Shown one piece after another: positions 1-7,907 of a stretch of 64,000 bases of DNA. Each line of letters begins with the position of its first letter. Within the stretch, counting starts at the first letter, position 1. The DNA lies in contig JAAFIA010000014.1 in NCBI GenBank assembly GCA_013298545.1, forward strand, positions 32 through 64,031, read 5' to 3'. The notes beneath the pieces were generated by a model that made no database searches, was not told where the DNA came from, and was given only the letters and a program-made list of their open reading frames with translations. Position numbers and translations under genes: made by a program. The DNA is from Bacteroidota bacterium (lineage in GTDB: Bacteria > Bacteroidota > Bacteroidia > Palsa-965).

Positions 1-401
1 TAGTTATGCTATTGGGAAGTCTCTTTTTTGAATTATAGCTTTCGTTTTCAGACCTATACTGTGAATAGAGCTTTTTAACTTAACGCGCATGCGAAGCATC
101 GGGATTGAGAATTGTTATGATGCATTTTTGTGCCAGACGAGGCACGTTTTGAAGGCCATAGCGGCGCGCCTACGGTCAAAAAACGTAACGAAGTATGGTG
201 CAAAAAGGCGCATAACAATTCCGAGGCTTCGGAACAAAAGATGAAATTTAAACAGGCTCTTAGCAAGGACGCAAAAAGTCCTTTGTTCAAATGCCCGAAA
301 TCATTAACTTTACCGAGTAATGTCTTGTTCCGTTTAGGAGAATAGTCAGCATCCACACACCGCTGCCTGTTCGCGCAACAAGGCCCGAACTTTTTTTGCT
401 T

Positions 402-3400
402 ATGATCATCCGATTGTCCCGCATATCGGCTTTTGTTTTTTTGATGCTTTGCTCGCTTTCTATGCAAGCCCAATTTTACAATGGCTCACAAACCGATTTT
501 GGTAAGAACCGTGTTCAGTACCAAGACTTCAAATGGAACTATTACCGGTTTGATAAATACGAAGTGTATTTCAACACGGGTGGAAAAGAACTCGCTATTT
601 ATGTTGCACGCGCAGCCAAACAGCACCTCGCCGAAGTAGAGAAAATTTTTGATTATAGCCTCGATGATCGCATTCAATTTGTAGTTTACAACAAACAAGA
701 AGATTTCAAACAAAGCAATGTTGGCCTTACCAACGACGATCAACAAAATGTTGGTGGCTACACACGCATTGTAGGACGAAAAGTTTTTCTCTATTACGAA
801 GGCGATCATGTTCGGCTCGAAGAACAAATTCGCGGCGGCATTGCGGAGATTCTCATCAACCAAATGATGTATGGCGGTAATACCCGCGACATGCTCAAAA
901 GTTCCACCTTGCTCAATTTGCCCGAATGGTATGTAAAAGGTTTGGTTTCGTATGTGTCTAAAGGCTGGAATGCCGACATCGACAATCGTGTGCGCGATGG
1001 CATCATGAGCGGTCGCTATAAAAAATTCAATCACCTCACAGGCGAAGATGCCGTTTATGCTGGTCATTCCATTTGGTACTACATCGCTGAAAAGTATGGC
1101 CCAGGTGTTATTCCAAATATTCTTTACATGACCAAAGTGAGCCGCAATGTAGAAAGCGCATTTCTCTTTGTACTCGGTGTCAATATGCGGGTGTTGACGA
1201 TTGAATGGATGAATTATTATTCGCAACGTTATTCCATGAACGATACAACACGTACCGTTCCAACTTCGCCGCTCATTGAAAAACCGAAAGCCACACGCGT
1301 TTATAGCCAAGCAAAAATTAGTCCTGATGGCCGTTACATCACCTACGTTACCAACGAAATGGGTCAGACCAAACTCTGGCTCGAAAATTTGGGAACGCAT
1401 AAGCGGAAACGTTTATTGAAAATGGGCCATCGCATCGATCGCATCAATGACTATTCGTATCCGCTTCTCGCTTGGCATCCTTCTGGACAAATTTTGTCTT
1501 GGATTTATGAGAAAGAGGGCGAAACATTTTTAGTGATTTACACCATTGAGACGGGCGAGAAAATTGTTAAGCCCTTGGTCAATTTTATCAAGGTGCTCGA
1601 TTATTCGTATTCGCCCGATGGAAAATCGTTTGTGATGTCTGCCGTGCAACGCGGCCAAACCGATATTTATGTTTACAGCATTGCTGGCGGTGGAGCCATT
1701 CCAGTTACGAACGATGTGTTTGATGATTTGAACCCGCGCTTTGTCAACAATGGTAAGGGCATTATTTTCAGTTCCAACCGCAACAGCGATACACTCGGTA
1801 TTGTGAGCAAAGACACCAAGCTGCGTACTTCCTTCGATTTATTTATTTACAACTGGAAAACAAAAGATGATGTGTTGCGCCGTCTGACAAATACACCGGG
1901 CATCAATGAATTGCAAGCAGCGGCTTGGGACAGTACCAATTTTTGTTTTGTCAGCGATCAGAATGGTGTGCGTAACCGTTATGTTGGTTATTTCGATAGT
2001 ACCATTGCTTATGTCGATACCGTTGCCCATTATCGCTATTTTGCGCGAAGCATTCCCATTACAAATTATAAATCAGGGATTTTAGAACAAGATGTACAGC
2101 CAGAAGCAGGCAAGTACGCCGAGATTTTATTCATCGATGGGCGCTACCGCATTTTTATTCACAACATGGAGGCGTTTGACAAACTCCAAGCGTCGAAATT
2201 GAAGAATACGGTTCATCGCAACCGCATGATTGAATTGGTGCGCATTGATGCCGAGTTAGATTCACTCGAAAAAGTAAAAGCCAATCAACCTAAGAAGACC
2301 ACAAAAAACGAACCTGTTCCGCAAAACAAAACGCTCGTTCCACCACCTCCCGGAAAAACGGATTCTTCTGGTACGAAAGTCAATATTGATAATTACCAGT
2401 TTGGACAACCCAAACGTTCGAGTACGATTGATGCCAATATTCCGCCTCCACCGAAACTGGATCCCGATGCATCGGGACCAAAAGACACAACCATAAAAGC
2501 TCCTGTTGTTAAAACTGTTCCTGATACCACACTCCGCGATTCGGTTGTGAAAGCTCCGATCGACGAATTTTTATTGCCGATTGCGCGCAATTACAAAATT
2601 CAATACAGCACGGAGTATGTGGTAAGCCAACTCGACAATAGTTTTTTAAATGCCGGATACCAACGTTTCACAGGTGGAAGTTCTCCGATCTTTTTAAATC
2701 CTGGATTTACGGGCTTGTTCAAAATCGGTATCACCGATTTGCTCGAAGATCATAAAATTGTGGGTGGTGTGCGTTTGTCGGGCGATTTAAAAAACAACGA
2801 ATACATCATTCAATACGATGATCGCACACGTCGTTTAGATCGTACACTTTTGTTGCACCGTCAAGCATTTTTGAGTGTAGCCAACGGCGGAACATTGAGT
2901 AAAATCCACACACAAGAAGGACGTTATGGTTTGCGTTGGCCGTTTAGCGAAGTGGCTTCGCTGCGCGGACAAATTGGTTACCGCAACGACCGCCGTATCT
3001 TTTTATCGCAAGACTTCAACACGCTCAATGCTAAAAACACGTATAACAATTCGGCCAACTTGAAAATTGAATTTGTGTTTGACAACACCATTCGTCGCGG
3101 ATTGAATTTGTACAATGGCATTCGCCTCAAAGTATTTGCCGAAACGTTTCAAGGCGTTGATAGTTTGTTTAAAGTAACCATTCCGTCCAATCGTTTCTTG
3201 AAGAATGATTTGTATGTGGTTGGCTTTGATGTGCGCATGTACAAAAAGATCCACCGCGAATTTATTTGGGCTACGCGTATTTCTGGTGCTACATCATTTG
3301 GCCGCGAAAAATTGGTTTACTACATGGGTGCGGTTGATAATTGGCTCACACCAAAATTCGATCAGAGTGTTTATGTGGCCGATGATATGAATTATACCTA

Positions 3401-3818
3401 TCAGACCTTGGTTACACCGATGCGCGGATTTTATCAAAACATCCGCAACGGGAATAGCTTTTTAATGATTAATTCGGAATTGCGTTTTCCTGTATTCCGT
3501 TACCTTTTCAATCGTCCAATGCGTTCCGATTTCTTGAATAATTTTCAGGTGATTGGTTTTGGTGATGTGGGTACGGCATGGACTGGTCCAAATCCGTACG
3601 ATCCGCGCAATTCGCTGAATACAACAATCATTGGTGCGCCAGGCAATCCGATTACGGTTGTGTTGAAAAATCACAAAGAGCCAATTGTTGCTGGTTATGG
3701 CGTTGGTTTGCGTACTCGCATTTGGGGGTATTTTGTTCGCGTAGATTGGGCTTGGGGCTTAGAAGATCGGTTGATTTTGCCGCGCGTAACGTACCTTTCG
3801 TTCAGCATGGATTTTTAA
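402..3818 (+). CDS. Large outer-membrane protein: signal peptide, TolB-like PD40 beta-propeller repeats, C-terminal Omp85/BamA-like beta-barrel
   Basis: 1139-aa ORF; the ORF track starts at TTG 396 and the first ATG is 402. N-terminal signal peptide ending QAQ. WD40/PD40-like motifs (PDGRYITYVTNEMGQTKLW, SPDGKSFVMSA). C-terminal segment (AGYGVGLRTRIWGYFVRVDWAWGLE) resembles the Omp85 barrel C-terminal motif. Stop overlaps the next start (TAATG). Confidence 0.55.
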   Translation: MIIRLSRISAFVFLMLCSLSMQAQFYNGSQTDFGKNRVQYQDFKWNYYRFDKYEVYFNTGGKELAIYVARAAKQHLAEVEKIFDYSLDDRIQFVVYNKQEDFKQSNVGLTNDDQQNVGGYTRIVGRKVFLYYEGDHVRLEEQIRGGIAEILINQMMYGGNTRDMLKSSTLLNLPEWYVKGLVSYVSKGWNADIDNRVRDGIMSGRYKKFNHLTGEDAVYAGHSIWYYIAEKYGPGVIPNILYMTKVSRNVESAFLFVLGVNMRVLTIEWMNYYSQRYSMNDTTRTVPTSPLIEKPKATRVYSQAKISPDGRYITYVTNEMGQTKLWLENLGTHKRKRLLKMGHRIDRINDYSYPLLAWHPSGQILSWIYEKEGETFLVIYTIETGEKIVKPLVNFIKVLDYSYSPDGKSFVMSAVQRGQTDIYVYSIAGGGAIPVTNDVFDDLNPRFVNNGKGIIFSSNRNSDTLGIVSKDTKLRTSFDLFIYNWKTKDDVLRRLTNTPGINELQAAAWDSTNFCFVSDQNGVRNRYVGYFDSTIAYVDTVAHYRYFARSIPITNYKSGILEQDVQPEAGKYAEILFIDGRYRIFIHNMEAFDKLQASKLKNTVHRNRMIELVRIDAELDSLEKVKANQPKKTTKNEPVPQNKTLVPPPPGKTDSSGTKVNIDNYQFGQPKRSSTIDANIPPPPKLDPDASGPKDTTIKAPVVKTVPDTTLRDSVVKAPIDEFLLPIARNYKIQYSTEYVVSQLDNSFLNAGYQRFTGGSSPIFLNPGFTGLFKIGITDLLEDHKIVGGVRLSGDLKNNEYIIQYDDRTRRLDRTLLLHRQAFLSVANGGTLSKIHTQEGRYGLRWPFSEVASLRGQIGYRNDRRIFLSQDFNTLNAKNTYNNSANLKIEFVFDNTIRRGLNLYNGIRLKVFAETFQGVDSLFKVTIPSNRFLKNDLYVVGFDVRMYKKIHREFIWATRISGATSFGREKLVYYMGAVDNWLTPKFDQSVYVADDMNYTYQTLVTPMRGFYQNIRNGNSFLMINSELRFPVFRYLFNRPMRSDFLNNFQVIGFGDVGTAWTGPNPYDPRNSLNTTIIGAPGNPITVVLKNHKEPIVAGYGVGLRTRIWGYFVRVDWAWGLEDRLILPRVTYLSFSMDF

Positions 3819-5041
3819 TGGAAACAAATTCCGGTTTGCTTCAACACATTCGCGCACGCGCCCACGCGCTCCTGCCGCACATCTCTACGCTGCGCCAGCA
3901 CATCCACGCACATCCCGAATTGTCGTTCCAAGAATTTGAAACCGCAACCTTCGTCGAAACGCAACTTCAACGTATTGGAATACCTTTTCAACGCCTTACC
4001 GAAACAGGTGTTGTGGCATTGATTGCCGGAAAAAATCCAAACAAAAAAATCATTGCCCTCCGCGCCGATCTCGACGCGCTGCCGATAACAGAGATCAATA
4101 CAACAACATACACGTCAAAAAATATTGGCGTGATGCATGCGTGTGGACACGATGTGCATACGGCTTCGCTGCTCGGTGCCGCACAAATTTTATTCGAACT
4201 TCGCGACGCATTTGAAGGAACGATAAAATTGATTTTTCAACCTGGCGAAGAAAAACTTCCGGGTGGCGCTTCGCTTATGATTGCGGCTGGCGTACTCGAA
4301 AATCCAAAGCCAGAAAGCATTTTTGCGCAACATGTTTTTCCTTCGCTTCCCGCAGGAAAAGTTGGATTCCGTAGCGGCATGTACATGGCTTCGACCGATG
4401 AATTGTATCTGACCATTACCGGAAAAGGGGGCCATGCGGCAATGCCCGCAGATTATACCAATCCCTTGTTGATTGCTTCGACCGTTTTGCTAGAATTGGA
4501 TAAACTGTTCATGCAAAAAGATTCGCGCCTCGCTGAAACTAACGAGGTACCAACGGTGCTTGCCTTTGGGAAAATCGAAGGCAAAGGCGCAACCAATGTT
4601 ATTCCCAATCACGTTGCCATCGAAGGAACATTTCGGACGATGGATGAACACTGGCGTTCGCGCGCGCATGCGTTGATGCAAGCACGCGCCCAAGAGGTTG
4701 CCGAGAACATGGGCGGAACATGCACCTTGCGAATTGAAAAAGGCTATCCGTTTTTAGTCAATCACGATTTGTTGACTGTGCGTGCACGTGATGCCGCAGA
4801 AATCTATTTGGGGAAAGACAATGTTGTAACGTTAGAAAAACGCATGACGGCAGAAGATTTTGCGTATTTCTCGCAAGTGATGCCTGCTTGTTTTTACCGA
4901 CTTGGAACGGCATCGCCTGATGGAAAATATACGAGCGGTGTTCATACTCCCAATTTCGATATTGATGAACAAGCATTGGAAACAAGCGTGGGTTTGTTGG
5001 CTTGGTTGACCTTGCATGAATTGAAAGAAACAAACGCATGA
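3818..5041 (+). CDS. M20D-family amidohydrolase (hippurate hydrolase / N-acyl-L-amino acid amidohydrolase-like)
   Basis: ATG at 3818 overlaps the upstream stop; the annotated 3578 start lies inside the upstream gene. Conserved M20 metal-binding segments (MHACGHDVH, GTIKLIFQPGEE, NVIPNHV). About 407 aa, typical for the family. Confidence 0.8.
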   Translation: METNSGLLQHIRARAHALLPHISTLRQHIHAHPELSFQEFETATFVETQLQRIGIPFQRLTETGVVALIAGKNPNKKIIALRADLDALPITEINTTTYTSKNIGVMHACGHDVHTASLLGAAQILFELRDAFEGTIKLIFQPGEEKLPGGASLMIAAGVLENPKPESIFAQHVFPSLPAGKVGFRSGMYMASTDELYLTITGKGGHAAMPADYTNPLLIASTVLLELDKLFMQKDSRLAETNEVPTVLAFGKIEGKGATNVIPNHVAIEGTFRTMDEHWRSRAHALMQARAQEVAENMGGTCTLRIEKGYPFLVNHDLLTVRARDAAEIYLGKDNVVTLEKRMTAEDFAYFSQVMPACFYRLGTASPDGKYTSGVHTPNFDIDEQALETSVGLLAWLTLHELKETNA

Positions 5042-5703
5042 AATTTATAGGAAATGTAATTCCATCTTCGCTTGCGCCTGAGCAACAGGCTTTGCTTGAT
5101 GCTGGAAAAGTGTTGCCGTTGATGGAAGAATTTTATACCATTCAAGGCGAAGGCTACCATTCGGGTAAAGCGGCTTATTTTATTCGGCTTGGTGGTTGCG
5201 ATGTGGGTTGCCATTGGTGTGATGTGAAAGAGAGTTGGGATGCAAACGCCCATCCGCTCACACCCGTTGAAGCTATTGTGGAACATGCCTTGCAGCATCC
5301 GGCAAAAGCAGTTGTTGTAACAGGTGGCGAACCCTCGGCGTTTAATTTGAGCCACTTAACGGCGGAATTAAAAAAACACGGCATTCAAACATTTATTGAA
5401 ACATCGGGTGCTTATCCGTTGACGGGCGAATGGGATTGGATTTGCCTTTCGCCGAAAAAAACAATGCCGCCGGTGGCCGAAAATTTTAAAAGGGCACAAG
5501 AATTGAAGGTAATCGTATTCAACCGCGACGATTTTCGCTGGGCAGAAGAAAATGCAGCACACGTTTCCGATGCGTGCATACGTTTCTTACAACCAGAGTG
5601 GAGCAAATCGGCGGCCATGATGCCTGAAATAACAAATTATGTCATGCAACATCCCGAATGGAATATTTCGTTGCAGACCCATAAGTACATGAATATCCCA
5701 TAA
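5038..5703 (+). CDS. queE: 7-carboxy-7-deazaguanine synthase (radical SAM)
   Basis: FYTIQGEGYHSGKAAYFIRLGGCDVGCHWCD is the QueE signature with the Cx14CxxC-type cluster. ATGA overlap with the upstream stop. Confidence 0.85.
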   Translation: MKFIGNVIPSSLAPEQQALLDAGKVLPLMEEFYTIQGEGYHSGKAAYFIRLGGCDVGCHWCDVKESWDANAHPLTPVEAIVEHALQHPAKAVVVTGGEPSAFNLSHLTAELKKHGIQTFIETSGAYPLTGEWDWICLSPKKTMPPVAENFKRAQELKVIVFNRDDFRWAEENAAHVSDACIRFLQPEWSKSAAMMPEITNYVMQHPEWNISLQTHKYMNIP

Positions 5704-5734
5704 GTCATTCAATTCGTTGATCGATCAAGTAGTT

Positions 5735-7705
5735 ATGAAACACCTATTCGCGATTTTACTCTGTGTGTTTGCTTTTTCTTGCAAAGCACAACCTGCTATG
5801 GAATTGACCACGACCAATAAGAAGGCTAAAAAGGCCTATGAATCGTCGTTGGTTTATCTCGATTCACGGCAGTACGACAAAGCCTTGGCAGAATTGAAAT
5901 CGGCACAGCAGGCAGATCCGAATTTTGTGGAGGCTTATATTTTGGAAGCCAATGTGCACATGGAGTTGCGGCAATGGGAAAAAGCAATTGAGCAATTTAA
6001 AAAATCGTTTGCCATCAATCCGGGTTTTTTTCCTGCTTCCTATTCAGATTGTGGTTATTGCGAAATGCGTGTAGGAAAATATGCGGAGGCCAAAGCCGAC
6101 TACGAAACATTTTTGAAAGTCATGCGCAAATCAACGCCTGAGAAAATGATTAACAATGCAAAGACACAAATTGCCAGTTGCGATTTTGCGATCAATGCCA
6201 TGGCGCATCCCGTTCCTTTTAATCCGAAAAGCATTGGTAATGGAATCAATTCCGATGCGTGTGAGTATTTTCCGAATGTTACTGCCGACGATCAGACTTT
6301 TCTCATTACACGCAATCGGCAAGAACGCGATCCGAATACAGGTGCATTGATGATGTCGCAAGAAGATTTTTACATCAGTTACCGCGACGATAATGGCAAG
6401 TGGAGTACGGCACAAAACATGGGCGGTCCGCTCAATTCTACCCGCAATGAAGGAGCGCCAAGCCTTTCTGCCGATGGCCGTTTTTTGTTTTTCGCGGCAT
6501 GCGATGAAGATTATATGGGCTATGGTCCAAACCGCCAAGGTTTTGGTAGTTGCGATATTTTCTTTTCGCAAAAACATGGTGGCATGTGGACACCGCCCGT
6601 AAATGTAGGCGCACCCATCAATACGGGCGCGTGGGAGACACAACCATCTTTTTCATCAGATGGAAAAACGTTGTATTTCATCAGTAGCCGCAATGGCGGT
6701 TTTGGAAGCAGCGATATTTACATGGCCGAACTGGGGCCAGATAGCAAATGGAGTCCGGTAGTCAATTTAGGTGCTGATATTAATACTGCAGGAAAAGAAG
6801 AAGCCGTTTTTATTCACCCCGATAACCAAACACTTTATTTTGCTTCCGATGGCCATACCGGAATGGGTGGTTTGGATCTGTATGTATGTCGCCGCCAAGC
6901 CGATGGAAAATGGGGCAAGCCCGAAAACTTAGGCTATCCAATCAATACGTTTAATGACGAAAGTGGATTGATCGTAAATGGTTTGGGCGACATTGCTTAC
7001 TACTCGTCTGACCGCGAAGGAACATTAGGTTGCGATGATATTTGGATGTTTGATCTTCCAAAATCGCTTCGTCCCACAACCGTTACCTTCATGCAAGGAA
7101 AAGTATTTGATAAAACAACTAAAAAACCCATTGGTGCCGGATTCGAGTTGGTTGATTTAGCAACAGGAAAAACTGCTATTGCTTCAACTTCCGATCCCGT
7201 TACAGGTGAGTTCACCGTTTGTATTCCAGTCAATGCAGATTATGCGTTGAATGTAAATAGCGAAGGCTATTGTTTTTATACAGAATCGTTCCGCTTGAAA
7301 GAATCGACCGACCCAAATAAACCGTATAAAATGGATGTGCCGCTTATTCCGCTTACTGTTGGCGGCGGTGGCGAATTGAAAAACGTTTATTTTGAAACGG
7401 GGAAATTTGATTTACGTCCAGAATCGGAAGTAGAATTGAATAAACTGATTGCGTTTTTGAATGCCAATCCAACAATGAAAATCGAACTTTCGGGACATAC
7501 CGATAATGTAGGCGATAAAAAAGCCAATCAAGTACTTTCCGAAAATCGTGCGCGTGCGGTTTATGTGTATCTGGTTTCGCATGGTGTTGATGCAAAACGT
7601 TTGTCCTACAAAGGGTATGGCGATACACAACCCAAAGTAGCGAACGACACGCCAGAACACCGTCAGATGAACCGCCGCACAGAGTATAAAATCACGGCAA
7701 TATAG
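5735..7705 (+). CDS. OmpA-family protein with N-terminal TPR, PD40 (TolB-like) repeats and C-terminal OmpA peptidoglycan-binding domain
   Basis: The ORF track begins at TTG 5717; the first ATG (MKHLF..., signal peptide) is at 5735. TPR-like helices; PD40 motifs (SADGRFLFFAA, SSDGKTLYFIS). C-terminal OmpA motif (ELSGHTDNVGDKKANQVLSENRARAV). Confidence 0.8.
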   Translation: MKHLFAILLCVFAFSCKAQPAMELTTTNKKAKKAYESSLVYLDSRQYDKALAELKSAQQADPNFVEAYILEANVHMELRQWEKAIEQFKKSFAINPGFFPASYSDCGYCEMRVGKYAEAKADYETFLKVMRKSTPEKMINNAKTQIASCDFAINAMAHPVPFNPKSIGNGINSDACEYFPNVTADDQTFLITRNRQERDPNTGALMMSQEDFYISYRDDNGKWSTAQNMGGPLNSTRNEGAPSLSADGRFLFFAACDEDYMGYGPNRQGFGSCDIFFSQKHGGMWTPPVNVGAPINTGAWETQPSFSSDGKTLYFISSRNGGFGSSDIYMAELGPDSKWSPVVNLGADINTAGKEEAVFIHPDNQTLYFASDGHTGMGGLDLYVCRRQADGKWGKPENLGYPINTFNDESGLIVNGLGDIAYYSSDREGTLGCDDIWMFDLPKSLRPTTVTFMQGKVFDKTTKKPIGAGFELVDLATGKTAIASTSDPVTGEFTVCIPVNADYALNVNSEGYCFYTESFRLKESTDPNKPYKMDVPLIPLTVGGGGELKNVYFETGKFDLRPESEVELNKLIAFLNANPTMKIELSGHTDNVGDKKANQVLSENRARAVYVYLVSHGVDAKRLSYKGYGDTQPKVANDTPEHRQMNRRTEYKITAI

Positions 7706-7859
7706 ATCAACGTACAAAACTTCGCACACTTGGCAGCTTGTGTTTGCCGGATTCCGATGCATTTAAATGATGCCGAAGTCTAGGCATTGAGATTTTCGGG
7801 CAAATGTGGTTTAGATAAAATCTAAGTTTCCTTTCCATTTGCCGCTCATCATTTATTTC

Positions 7860-7890
7860 TTGGTCAACGTAACGCTTTTCCTACATTTGT
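7860..7890 (+). promoter_or_regulatory. Putative Bacteroidetes sigma-A promoter (TTG ... TACATTTG) upstream of the M16 peptidase gene
   Basis: TAnnTTTG -7 motif (TACATTTG) about 18 nt upstream of ATG 7908; TTG about 20 bp further upstream. Confidence 0.35.
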
Positions 7891-7907
7891 AAGTAAGCAC
7901 TTTTACC

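Noticed and set aside
75-473. 132-aa minus-strand ORF, and a 71-aa plus ORF at 130..345
   Set aside because: Arg/Lys/Cys-rich low-complexity translation typical of out-of-frame or intergenic DNA. It also overlaps the start and signal peptide of the first real gene.
486-1400. 304-aa antisense ORF inside the Omp85/TolB-like gene
   Set aside because: Entirely embedded in a much longer ORF with clear domain motifs; no motifs of its own.
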